A stretch of DNA of 64,000 bases from a virus (lineage: Duplodnaviria > Caudoviricetes), in IMG/VR virus record IMGVR_UViG_3300023301_000008, positions 367-64,366 of that record; one strand, given 5' to 3'. The position numbers and the translations under genes are program-made. Below, piece after piece: positions 36,777 to 46,510 of this stretch (positions are counted from its first letter, which is position 1; the number at the start of each line of letters is the position of its first letter). A model generated the notes under the pieces. The model saw nothing but the letters and a program-made list of their open reading frames with translations. It was not told the DNA's origin and ran no database searches.

Positions 36777-36894
36777 AACATTACGAGACCCAATGCGAGA
36801 CCGCCTGGGAACCTACGGGGAACGGGTAGCCATCGTCTCAGTCTGGCACTCCTCCACCCACACTCTAGACCAGCACGGAGTCGTCCCACCTTAC

Positions 36895-39800
36895 TCACAG
36901 CTCGCACGCAACACAGTTCGAGAGCTGAGTACCTTCCATCGGGTTCTGGTTTACACGGGTGTAGTAGATGGTCTTAAGGCCTTTCTTCCACGCGTAGATG
37001 TGCGCTTTAGTGATGTCACGAGTTGTGGCATCGCCGTTGATGAACAGTGTGCAGGAGAGGCCCTGGTCTACGTGTTCGGTTGCGGCAGCATAGACATCGA
37101 TCAACGCCTCTGGGGAGAGGTGGTACGAGTCTCGGTAGAACTCTCGGTTGTCTTCGTTCATTCCGAAGGCCGGGTAGTAGATGCGTCCGAGCGCACCCTC
37201 CTTACGAATCTCAATCTGTGCTGAGATCGGGTGGATGGATGCGGTGGAGTGGTTGATGTATGAGATCGAACCGGTCGGAGGCACCGCTTGAAGGTATCCG
37301 TTGTAGATGCCGTACTTAGCCACCACGTCCCGAAGAAGGGTCCATACCTCGACCCCGGGGACCGTAATTCCATACTTCTTGAATAGCTCCTGCACTCTCT
37401 CAGTTTTTGGTGCCCAACTCTGTGAGATGTACTTCTCAAAATACTCCCCAGAGGCGTACTTACTTGATTCAAATCCGTCAAAGGTCTCTCCACGTTCTTT
37501 CGCAATGGTGGCTGATGCTCTCACGGCATAGTAGGTAATGGCCGCAAAATACGCTGAAGTAAAGTCCACAGCCTCTGGAGAGTCGTAATGTATTTTCTCG
37601 GAGGCCAAAAATCCTGCAAGGTTCATCTGACCGAGGCCGATGGCGTGTGTCATGGCGTTTCCTTGTGCAATCGAAGGCACGGCTGACACATTGGAGAGGT
37701 CGGATACAGCGGTAAGTGCTCGAACAGCGATGTGTACCGTGTTTCCTAGGTCACCACCGTATATCGACTTGGCAATGTTCATAGAGCCTAGGTTGCAAGA
37801 GATGTCTCGACCAACGTGATCGTATGAGCCATCCTCATTGAAAGTGGAGGCGGTGTTGACCTGAAGAATCTCTGAGCAGAGGTTAGACATGTTGATGCGA
37901 CCCTTCAGATTGGAGGCCCGGTTAGCAGTGTCCTCGAAGAGAAGGAACGGATAGCCGGAGGACATAGCCAACTCTGAGACGACCTCGAAGAATCGAAGTG
38001 CCTTGATCTTGGTCTTCCTGATCCTAGAGTCCTCTACCCATGCACGGTAGTGCTCGGTCACAGAGAGGTCGGTCATGGGCTTACCCATAACGCGCTCCAC
38101 ATCATAGGGCGAGAAGAGGTACATATCCTCGTCGTTCTTAGCCAAGTGGAAGGTGATATCCGGAATGACCACGGCGAGGGAGAGCGTTTTAATTCTGCTC
38201 TTCTCGTCCGCGTTTTCGCGCTTGGTGTCTAGGAACGTCAGAATGTCCGGGTGGTGCGCGTTCAAGTAGACCGCACCGGCACCGGGGCGAGCCCCGAGTT
38301 GGTTAGAGTACGAGAAAGCATCCTCAAGCATCTTCATAACTGGCACGACACCGGAAGACTGGCCCTCGATCTTTTTTATGGGGGCACCGGCTTCACGAAG
38401 ATTGGTGAGCGTAAACGCCACACCCCCACCGCGCTTAGACATTTGGAGCGCAGCATTATGAATGTTCGAAATTGATTCCATGTTGTCTTCAGTACGTACG
38501 AGAAAACAGTTGTGAACAACATACCCATTTGCAACGTAGGTGTGATCATCCTCAACCTCCAAGTTGAAGACCTCTACAGGACTCTCTAGGGCTGTGTGGT
38601 CCACACTCCGCACCCTGTACATGGGGTGTCCGTCTATCACGCGCTTATGTACTGTGGACTGGTGGCTGTCAGTAATTCGGAACTTCTCAATGGTCTTGTC
38701 TACCGCATAGATATACTCAGTGTTTCTTCCGACTCCCTGTGTGATAATCAACTGGGCGGTAGGGTTTCCTGCCTGATTAGTATAAATTCTAGTTGTTGGG
38801 GCTAGGCCTGTTCGAAGGGCGGTATCAAAAAGTTGCTGAACTAGGGCTGGGTTTACGAGGTCCATAATTACCCCAGCCTTGACTGTTGTGCCGTCTCCCC
38901 GCATGGCTCCAATCAGGAGCCCCCACAGGAAATCAGCAGGAGCGTGAGTGTAAATTTCCGGTAGGGTTTTTCTATCAAAACCCGTACCAATGGTGTTTAG
39001 GAAGAAGTCCCCGACAGCTTGCGACCAGACAGCCACATTGGTGGACCCGTCCTTGTTCACGTTTATGGTAGGGGTGAGGCCGAAAATCTCCTCAGACAAG
39101 GCAATGACATCCTCAATGTATTTCTCCTCATGGGACCCAAAAGTAAATCGTACTCCCTTCACTGCGCCGTTGGTTCGATGTGTGTATCCCTCAGCCAGGT
39201 AGTATCCTATAAATCTTCCGAACTTCTCGTCAAGTTGCACGACATCCCGTACAGGCCGAGACTGTAGTGAGGTGGTGTGGCCTTTTCTTTTGTTGTTTTT
39301 AGCGTCCACTGTACCTACGGCCAGTACTCCTGCGTCTAGGCTATATCGAGTGCTGTTTCTCAGGTACGAGGACACCTGTATTTGAGTATCCTCTTCGAGT
39401 GTGGTGTCCACCCCCAAAGCCACATAGTCTCCGGGCTTTACATCCTGGAGGGGCACCCATTTCAGATTTTCGGTGGCTCCGTCTCCCAAGTGTACAGACG
39501 CTACGTCCCGGGGGGTAGATACCAGTACCGGGTGCTCCCCTGTGCCACGAAGGGGTCGGATGTTCCCACTCACAGCGAGAGTGACCATGAAGTCGGTCTC
39601 ATATCTGGAGCCTACAGAGGTTACGGACATGAATCGACCAGCATGTGTCAGTACTTTGTCTCCCGTTCGAATTTTCTCGATAGGTACAGAGCCGTTTTCG
39701 GTCGTAATCGGAGTCCCCGCTTCGAAGCACGAGACCAATTCTCCTCGCTGAGCCTTGGCCGCGTTGAGGAACGTGGGGGTTGCGGGCTGGTAACGACCAG

Positions 39801-40269
39801 TCATGATTTCGTCTACAAGGGACTCTGCAGTGGAGACATCTCCACGAGCGAGATAGAGCGCGGTGGCCGAAACTCGGTCCTCGAATCGCTCAAGATATCG
39901 CTTACCATCGAAGGTTTTCAGGGCATACGTGGTGTAGAACTTGACCGCTCCGAGGAGTCCTGGGAATCGAAACTTGTACGCGTAGGAGAGCTTGTATATG
40001 TCCTTGACATCCTCAAAGTTGTACTGGTCGAAGATGGCCTTCTCGTAGTACTCATTGTCGAATAGGAAGTCCAGCTTCTCTTCAAGGGTGTGAAAAAAGA
40101 CCGTAGAAGGATTAATGTTCGTCAAGAAGTATTGACGTGCGGACTCTCTGTCCATGTGGAGCTGGAGGGTCTTTTTCTCTTCATCGGCGTAGAAGTATGA
40201 CATCGCGTTCAAGGCGAAGTAGTCGGACTCCCCGTGCGATGTGGTGCTTACGTCCTCAATGATTGTCAT
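36895..40269 (-). CDS. nrdE: Ribonucleotide reductase class Ib alpha subunit, intein-containing
   Basis: YQPATPTFLN, GELVS|CFL, SNLCSEI, PPTGSISY, C-terminal CVAC. Confidence 0.96.
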   Translation of the reverse strand: MTIIEDVSTTSHGESDYFALNAMSYFYADEEKKTLQLHMDRESARQYFLTNINPSTVFFHTLEEKLDFLFDNEYYEKAIFDQYNFEDVKDIYKLSYAYKFRFPGLLGAVKFYTTYALKTFDGKRYLERFEDRVSATALYLARGDVSTAESLVDEIMTGRYQPATPTFLNAAKAQRGELVSCFEAGTPITTENGSVPIEKIRTGDKVLTHAGRFMSVTSVGSRYETDFMVTLAVSGNIRPLRGTGEHPVLVSTPRDVASVHLGDGATENLKWVPLQDVKPGDYVALGVDTTLEEDTQIQVSSYLRNSTRYSLDAGVLAVGTVDAKNNKRKGHTTSLQSRPVRDVVQLDEKFGRFIGYYLAEGYTHRTNGAVKGVRFTFGSHEEKYIEDVIALSEEIFGLTPTINVNKDGSTNVAVWSQAVGDFFLNTIGTGFDRKTLPEIYTHAPADFLWGLLIGAMRGDGTTVKAGVIMDLVNPALVQQLFDTALRTGLAPTTRIYTNQAGNPTAQLIITQGVGRNTEYIYAVDKTIEKFRITDSHQSTVHKRVIDGHPMYRVRSVDHTALESPVEVFNLEVEDDHTYVANGYVVHNCFLVRTEDNMESISNIHNAALQMSKRGGGVAFTLTNLREAGAPIKKIEGQSSGVVPVMKMLEDAFSYSNQLGARPGAGAVYLNAHHPDILTFLDTKRENADEKSRIKTLSLAVVIPDITFHLAKNDEDMYLFSPYDVERVMGKPMTDLSVTEHYRAWVEDSRIRKTKIKALRFFEVVSELAMSSGYPFLLFEDTANRASNLKGRINMSNLCSEILQVNTASTFNEDGSYDHVGRDISCNLGSMNIAKSIYGGDLGNTVHIAVRALTAVSDLSNVSAVPSIAQGNAMTHAIGLGQMNLAGFLASEKIHYDSPEAVDFTSAYFAAITYYAVRASATIAKERGETFDGFESSKYASGEYFEKYISQSWAPKTERVQELFKKYGITVPGVEVWTLLRDVVAKYGIYNGYLQAVPPTGSISYINHSTASIHPISAQIEIRKEGALGRIYYPAFGMNEDNREFYRDSYHLSPEALIDVYAAATEHVDQGLSCTLFINGDATTRDITKAHIYAWKKGLKTIYYTRVNQNPMEGTQLSNCVACEL
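38509..39729 (-). mobile_element. Intein in nrdE with LAGLIDADG endonuclease
   Basis: Starts CFEAGTPITT, TGEHPVL, IGYYLAEG and GAMRGDG, ends VFNLEVEDDHTYVANGYVVHN before Cys. Confidence 0.92.
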
Positions 40270-40672
40270 TGCTTTCCATTTCTGTGTAGGTGTGTAGCTC
40301 TGCTAGTACAGTGCTTACGTCTTCGTCTGAGCCAAGTAGCTCGAATCTGTGTAGTACGGGGACTTCACACTTTTGGGATACGATATCGCCTCCACGGCAG
40401 TATGTATCTCCGAAGTTGGTGTTCCCTGATGCTACCACGCCTCGGATCAATGCGCGGTTGTCGGGGTCGTTCAAGAATTTGATGACCTGTTTGGGTACTG
40501 CAGCCTCAACATCTCGTCCTCCCGCGTAGGTGGGGAAGATCAGAATGTAGGGCTTGGTGACCTTGAGAAGCTCGTCGGTCGGGTGTAGGGGGATGCGATG
40601 GGCTGGCCACTCTAGGCGGTCAACAAAACGCCCCGTGTTGTTTGTGATGTTAGAGAAAAAGACAACGTCCAT
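40256..40672 (-). CDS. nrdI: Flavodoxin NrdI
   Basis: FSNITNNT, PTYAGG, VPKQVIKFLN, SGNTNFG, FELLG. Confidence 0.95.
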   Translation of the reverse strand: MDVVFFSNITNNTGRFVDRLEWPAHRIPLHPTDELLKVTKPYILIFPTYAGGRDVEAAVPKQVIKFLNDPDNRALIRGVVASGNTNFGDTYCRGGDIVSQKCEVPVLHRFELLGSDEDVSTVLAELHTYTEMESNDNH

Positions 40673-40680
40673 AGCGAACC

Positions 40681-40914
40681 CTAGGCGCTGAGAGCTGACA
40701 ACCTGTCAGGACGGAATCCGCTCCAGTGGTCGTCTCCGGCGATTACTACGGGGGCCTGCATGTAGCCGAGGCTCATAGCCAGCTCGTAGGCTTCGGGGTC
40801 TTCAGTTATATCGCGCTTGGTATATTCGAGGCCGCTCTTATCTAGGGCTCTCTGGGTGGCCGTACAAGGTACGCAGTTGGGTTTTGCCAGTAATGTGATC
40901 GTCATGTCTGTCAC
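40681..40914 (-). CDS. nrdH: Glutaredoxin-like NrdH
   Basis: CVPC, QAPVV, HWSGFRPD. Confidence 0.95.
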   Translation of the reverse strand: MTDMTITLLAKPNCVPCTATQRALDKSGLEYTKRDITEDPEAYELAMSLGYMQAPVVIAGDDHWSGFRPDRLSALSA

Positions 40915-40920
40915 CCTATC

Positions 40921-40998
40921 CTATTGACAAGATTCGCAGGCGAATTCGTCTGCTGGGTCTATTGGGATGGCGTATCCGTCTACAAATTCATTTTCCAT
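40921..40998 (-). CDS. 25-aa peptide ending CESCQ
   Basis: MENEFVDGYAIPIDPADEFACESCQ with aaagga RBS; first ORF of the nrd operon. Confidence 0.65.
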   Translation of the reverse strand: MENEFVDGYAIPIDPADEFACESCQ

Positions 40999-41199
40999 GG
41001 GGTTCCTTTTTTGTCGTCCCCGGAAGCAAAAAAGACAGACCAAAGCACCGTAAGGCACCCGATCTGTCACGTAGCGGGGTTGCGTGTATGTCCAGCGATT
41101 TGCTGGTCCTAACAGACTAGCACCAAAGGTCGCTTGCGTGCTTAGAGAGGTGGCTGGTATGCTCTCTAATACTATTTTGAACTCCTCAATAAAGACGGC

Positions 41200-41240
41200 A
41201 AAAACCCCGGTCACCTTAAGAAAAGGTGCCGGGGTTTTTT
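41200..41240. terminator. Bidirectional terminator
   Basis: aaaaaccccggtcacc...ggtgccggggttttt. Confidence 0.75.
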
Positions 41241-41252
41241 GTCCTAAAGTGT

Positions 41253-41636
41253 CTAGACCTTGTTGGCAGAGACAGTTGTTTCCACTGCTTCTTGAGCGCC
41301 ATTCGGGATGACGTGGACACCAATTGCGGCTAGGCCAGCTAGTGCAACACTGATCCAGTCACTTGAGGTAACTGCTCCCCATGAGAGCGCGGCCCCTAGA
41401 ACCACAGCAAGGGCCATGAGTGAAGCTCCGGCGAGCACCACGAATGTCTTGCCAAACTTGGCCAGTCCTGCAGGCAGATTTGGAATCAAGTACACTCCGA
41501 TGGCGGTCACCATGGCGATAGCGATGTTGACGTATTCGATGGGTGTAACAAGATTGTCTGTGAGGGCCGATCCTAGGATAGCGATTCCTGCGGAGATGAT
41601 CATCACAATAGCTTTAGCGTATACACTAATGTTCAT
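41253..41636 (-). CDS. Holin-like membrane protein
   Basis: YAKAIV N-terminus, duplicated hydrophobic hairpins ending GVY/GVH-IPN. Confidence 0.65.
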   Translation of the reverse strand: MNISVYAKAIVMIISAGIAILGSALTDNLVTPIEYVNIAIAMVTAIGVYLIPNLPAGLAKFGKTFVVLAGASLMALAVVLGAALSWGAVTSSDWISVALAGLAAIGVHVIPNGAQEAVETTVSANKV

Positions 41637-41707
41637 GTGCTTCTTCCTATCTATGCAGGCGACAGAGCGCGGGAGTGCACAAATGAGCCTACATTACTAC
41701 TAATAGT

Positions 41708-41965
41708 TTACTCTACGTTTCTACGCTGATTAAAGAGTTTCCATCGCTCATCAATGATTTTGACAGCTGCAGCAGTGATTCCGGTCTTGTATTTGTTGAA
41801 GTGGTGGGAGCAGAACATGAGGTCTCCGTTACCGAGCAGCACACCTACGTATGCTTGGGCCCCGCACTGATCACATCTGTCCGAGACCACCAGAATATTG
41901 GTCTCATCCTCGGCTTCGGGTTCATCGGAGGCTTTAACCTCTGGGTCTATTGTTGCAGTTTCCAT
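41708..41965 (-). CDS. Small zinc-binding actinobacterial protein
   Basis: DRCDQCGAQAYV...LMFCSHH. Confidence 0.7.
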   Translation of the reverse strand: METATIDPEVKASDEPEAEDETNILVVSDRCDQCGAQAYVGVLLGNGDLMFCSHHFNKYKTGITAAAVKIIDERWKLFNQRRNVE

Positions 41966-42169
41966 ATGTACATTGTAACCCGCAATCTACTTCATTGTCC
42001 AGCCCTATTCGGATTTTTCACGGTATCTCAGGCATTCACTAGGCTTCGGGGGGATAGAGAACTGTCTGACTGGTGGGTTGTACAGATGCTACAAATAACT
42101 AGGGCTTGACTTGTGGCTTGCGGGGATATAGAGTTGGGGTGCACCGTTACCAACAAGAAAGTAGACACT

Positions 42170-42472
42170 ATGAGAACCATTCCTATGCCCACATTCGAGG
42201 GTAAAGGACCTCGCCCTTGTGCAACCGACCCCGAACTCTTTATGAGTGAGATCAACTTCCCGTCCAAGTCTAGAGAGGCCAGAGATATTGTAGTTGAGGC
42301 TAAAAAGATTTGTGCCACGTGCCCCTATAAGAGGGAGTGCGGAATTTATGCGCTTGACAGCCCTGACGAACGTGGTGTCTGGGGTGGCTTCTCTGAGCAG
42401 GAACGAAAGATGTTCCGTCAAACTATGTCCGGGGGGAAAGTTCGCCAGACTGCTCCAGTCGCACGCGGTTGA
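42170..42472 (+). CDS. whiB: WhiB-family transcription factor
   Basis: CATDPELF...AKKICATCPYKREC...GVWGG. Confidence 0.9.
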   Translation: MRTIPMPTFEGKGPRPCATDPELFMSEINFPSKSREARDIVVEAKKICATCPYKRECGIYALDSPDERGVWGGFSEQERKMFRQTMSGGKVRQTAPVARG

Positions 42473-42905
42473 TCGAGTAATATATTGGGTTGGCTGAGCT
42501 GAGCCCGAGCATATCCGCCACCTTGGCCATTGAAAGTCCGGCCTCAAAGTATTTGTGAAGTGCAAGGTGATATTCTTCGGTGCTCGTCAGCTTGGCCACG
42601 ATAATTTCAGCTAGTGCCGCATCGTAGACTTCCTGAGGGTACTTCGTACGTGCACGCCCAGAAGACGGCTTGAGGGACGCGGTGGTGACGCGCCTACGTA
42701 GACCGGCGTACGTGACTCCGAGGGCTGCAGCCATATCGAGCAGGGAGCCCCTCTTAGCGTAGTACTCGCAGAGGAGGCGTGTGTACTCACGGCTCGCGTC
42801 ATGCTGTGGGGACACGGTGTCCCTACTACCGTAGGCTCGTACGGCCAACGGCAGCAGTGGCGCGACTAGCGCGGCGTACTCCTGAGTCATTTCTGTCTTC
42901 GTCAT
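42423..42905 (-). CDS. Tandem HTH DNA-binding protein
   Basis: SLLDMAAALGVTYAGLRRRV and SMAKVADMLGLS helix-turn-helix-like segments. Confidence 0.65.
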   Translation of the reverse strand: MTKTEMTQEYAALVAPLLPLAVRAYGSRDTVSPQHDASREYTRLLCEYYAKRGSLLDMAAALGVTYAGLRRRVTTASLKPSSGRARTKYPQEVYDAALAEIIVAKLTSTEEYHLALHKYFEAGLSMAKVADMLGLSSANPIYYSINRVRLEQSGELSPRT

Positions 42906-42993
42906 ACCTCTACAATACTGACTAAAAGGTATAATGTCAAGGGCTCTTTAAAATTTTCTCGTTACGTTTTTAGAAATCCTGTAGGATGGGGGA

Positions 42994-43620
42994 ATGACTT
43001 CACCACAACCGCCATCTTTCCCGTTTACTCCCCCTATGCCTCCGCCTCCTCCTGAGACGGTCTATACCACTGCGCCCGGGCTTCCTCGGATCGCCCCGCC
43101 GCCCATCCAAGAGTGGAACGCGCCTACACCCGCGCCCGTGAGCGAGCCTGCACAGGTGGTCTCTCCAGTGCGAAAGAAGAGTACACGACTAAATTTGGAC
43201 TCCACATGGGTTCTGGTCTTCACCGTGTCCATTGTGTTCGGGTTGATGCTCGCCTCCTTCACTGCCTCGTTTGTTGCGATCTATGAGGTGGCTGAGTTTA
43301 CGGGTATTGGTGAGCTTCGCTGGGTGTTCCCGGTCTTCATCGATGCGGCTATCCTCGCGTACACGCTGTCCCTCTTTATCTTCAAGCATCGCGGGGAGAG
43401 TACGTGGCGCACCCTTCTAGGCCTCTTCGGCTTCGCACTCCTCTCTGTTGCGGCCAACGTGGTCCACACGATCTCGTATTGGGAGGGGGACATCTCCAGT
43501 TACCAGTCTTGGATCGGAATAGTATTGACTGCTGCTGCGCCTATCGCGGTGTTGCTTGCGTCTGAGGAGATTGCTCGTCTGGCATTCGAGCCGGAGGGCC
43601 TAGACAAAACTTCTGTTTAG
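42994..43620 (+). CDS. DUF2637-like membrane protein
   Basis: Pro-rich N-terminus, SF..., PVFIDAAI, SVAANVVH, four TM segments. Confidence 0.7.
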   Translation: MTSPQPPSFPFTPPMPPPPPETVYTTAPGLPRIAPPPIQEWNAPTPAPVSEPAQVVSPVRKKSTRLNLDSTWVLVFTVSIVFGLMLASFTASFVAIYEVAEFTGIGELRWVFPVFIDAAILAYTLSLFIFKHRGESTWRTLLGLFGFALLSVAANVVHTISYWEGDISSYQSWIGIVLTAAAPIAVLLASEEIARLAFEPEGLDKTSV

Positions 43621-44836
43621 CACTACATAGAAAGTGGTTAGAGCCCTGTCAAGATTCTTTGGCGGGACCCTCTCAGGACCAGTCATTATGATTGGAATGT
43701 TCCTGTTGCTTTCGGCTGGCCTCTTCATGGGGGTTCGCTGGGATGCGTAGGCGCGGTATGAATGTAGCGTAAACCAGTGTGAGACTCGTCTCATAGTGCT
43801 AGTATTGAGCCGTCCGGTAAATTGCCGGGCGGCTCTTACTATTGGGGGGCACCGTTGTCAATCGAATTTGATTATAAAGAGAACTCGTACATGCTTGTGC
43901 GCGGCCCTGGAACAGGGGTCTGGATTCTCCTGGTCAAAGGCGAGACCGGTGCCTTCACGATCCTCCTCAGATTCAATGGGGACACAGACGAGAGCAAAGC
44001 AATTGACACAGCAAAAGGACATATCAATGAAAAACGATCCGATTGAGATTGAGAGCCCCGCAGAACAGGAACGGCTATTCAAGAAACTGAAAGCCGAAAA
44101 TGACGCAGACCTTAAGATGGAAATGACCACACTAGCTGACGGCCCCGCCAAGGGGACCGAGATGCTTATCCCCCACGGAGTGTACGTAGTCTCTGCCGAA
44201 GTTGAGGGTAACGAGTACATTTACATCCGTAGCGCACGTCTGACCGACACATTTCTACACCTACGTACGGACAATTCTAGCTCCTCAGAAACAGGTGTAC
44301 AATGAATAAACACACAAAGTGTGTACCCCTCAACGAGGGCCAAGAAGGAGGGCCAGATGTCGCTTGATACCGCACCTCTAATCCTCTGTGTCCAGGACGA
44401 TCTTCTACAGGTCCAGGACAACTTTGGGTCGGACCTAATCTACGTGAAGTCAGTGCATGGCTTGGATGCCGTGCAGTTTAATGACGAAGGCGACGAGATC
44501 GCCCGTTACACCGTGGATGTGCAACTAACGAGGTTGTAGGTGTGTTCTCCGTCCTAGAGATTGTTCTATCCCTGGTTCTGGCATTTTTTGCCGGAGGCTC
44601 GGTTTGGCATGTCGTCAGCATTCGCACACACAGACGAAGAATCTGCGCAATAGTCTCAGCGGACGACCACACCAGAGAGGCCGCACGTCTCGTGCACCGG
44701 GCAATCCGCACCAAAGACCTCGTATACAAACAACACCTCCGGGATGATGCCTTCCAGCACTATGTCCTTGCAGACAAGATTGAGAATGGGCCATATTTCC
44801 CTTGACTTTTTAATAGTCCTGCCCTAGACTAGGGGT

Positions 44837-45151
44837 ATGGATTACATCAAGCTTCAAGAAAAAACCAAGACACTGTCTAAGATAGCCATACGGGTAGGCA
44901 TAGGATTTTATATCCTGCTCTGTCTAGCATTACTCACACTTCTGGGCATCATCCTCTCATCTATCTCATTCCCGGGAAACCTGATTTCCCTGGCCACCTA
45001 CAGTGTGGCCCTTCTTGCTCTTCTTTCGTACGTCTTCCGGGAGTTCGTAGAGTATAAGGCCAGGCAGCAGATCAACAAGATCGAAGCTGCAGAGAGTTCG
45101 GCCAAATACCAAGCCGAACTGGCTGAGCTGAGAGAGCAGGCCAAAAAATGA
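44837..45151 (+). CDS. Membrane protein
   Basis: Two TM segments; leaderless promoter. Confidence 0.6.
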   Translation: MDYIKLQEKTKTLSKIAIRVGIGFYILLCLALLTLLGIILSSISFPGNLISLATYSVALLALLSYVFREFVEYKARQQINKIEAAESSAKYQAELAELREQAKK

Positions 45152-46092
45152 GCATTAGTTTCCATTCCAAGCTTGAGAGCGGGCTCTATGTAGACTCCCC
45201 GTTTCATGCCCTGACCTTTCCAGCGGGGGAGGCTCACATTGTTACCCCGGACGCGTGGGACCCCAACGACTACACACTGCACATCGCAGACGTACGCGGC
45301 CACGACCCGCAAGACCTCTTCATGCTGGCCATGTGGGAGGAGATGCTGTACACCGTCAGTGACGACAGCAACAATCCCTGCAACTCTGCCGTTCTCATGC
45401 CCTACCTCCCCGGAGCACGCGCAGATCGCGGCAACCCCGTTGGGGCCAAGGTCTACGCCAACTTTCTCAACGGACTATTCCTTGGGCAGATCGTTACCTT
45501 GGACCCGCACTCTCCAGTGATGCAGGGCTACATCTGCAATACTGACAAGGTCGGTGCCGGAGGAAATAACCTCACAGTCTTCCCGTTCGAGCGCATCATC
45601 AAGAACGAAATTCAGGACGCATCATCCGGCTCTAAGCCTCAACCGTACGTGGGAGTTATTGCTCCTGACAGGGGAGCAGTAGACCGAGCCGCACGAGCCG
45701 CACGTGTGATGGGTGTGCCCGTCTACCGTGCAGAGAAGACCCGAAACTTCGAGACCGGGAGACTCAGCGGATTCCACATGGTTGATTCTTTACCGGAATC
45801 TGGTAATTTCCTTCTGATCGATGACATCTGTGACGGAGGACGCACCTTCGTTGGGCTGGCAGATGTTATCTATGAATCTAATCCCAACGTTAGTCTTGAC
45901 TTGTGGGTGACTCATGGAGTTTTCCCCAAAGAAGACGGATTCAAGCAGCTCACGCAGGTGTTTGGGAAAATCCACACCACCGATTCCTATCACATCCCAG
46001 ACAACGACAACGCAAGGCTGATGAAGCTCCAGGAGAGTGTAGTAGTCCACAAGCTCGCTCCGTACCTCTACGGGGAACTCAACACTGTTTAA
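45148..46092 (+). CDS. Ribose-phosphate pyrophosphokinase-like protein (candidate ADPR-PP synthetase)
   Basis: FPAGE, MPYLPGARADR, LDPHS, APDRGA, LIDDICDGGRTF, VTHGVF. Confidence 0.88.
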   Translation: MSISFHSKLESGLYVDSPFHALTFPAGEAHIVTPDAWDPNDYTLHIADVRGHDPQDLFMLAMWEEMLYTVSDDSNNPCNSAVLMPYLPGARADRGNPVGAKVYANFLNGLFLGQIVTLDPHSPVMQGYICNTDKVGAGGNNLTVFPFERIIKNEIQDASSGSKPQPYVGVIAPDRGAVDRAARAARVMGVPVYRAEKTRNFETGRLSGFHMVDSLPESGNFLLIDDICDGGRTFVGLADVIYESNPNVSLDLWVTHGVFPKEDGFKQLTQVFGKIHTTDSYHIPDNDNARLMKLQESVVVHKLAPYLYGELNTV

Positions 46093-46144
46093 TACTGATA
46101 TTTTAGGTCTTGATTTATAGTCATTCTTCGTGTAGCGTGGAGGT

Positions 46145-46509
46145 ATGAGTAAATTTGATCTTATTGCCCCACTCCTAGACACGGATTTTTATAAGGTTGA
46201 CCACCGAAGACAGTATATAGGGGGGACCACCAAAGTCCTCTCCAACTGGACAGATCGAGGGTCCCGACTGAAAGACGTTACCCACACGGTACACTTCGGC
46301 CTTCAAGCCTTCATTCATTCTTGGATGGTCGATGCGTGGAGACCGTTTTTCGCTGCGGACGAAGATACAGTTGCTTCCCTCTATGAGGAGTTCTTGCTGA
46401 ACACCCTGGGGCCAAACGATGTCGGGAGCGAGCACGTTCGTGATCTTCACCGGGGGAGTACACCTTCACTGAGGTCCGCGCTAACCTGCACCCGGAGGGC
46501 GTGATTTAG
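46145..46509 (+). pseudogene. Nicotinamide phosphoribosyltransferase-like gene with large internal deletion
   Basis: LLDTDFYKVDHRRQY...FGLQAF N-terminus stops after about 100 aa; an out-of-frame GEYTFTEVRANL tail follows. Confidence 0.75.
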
Positions 46510-46510
46510 T

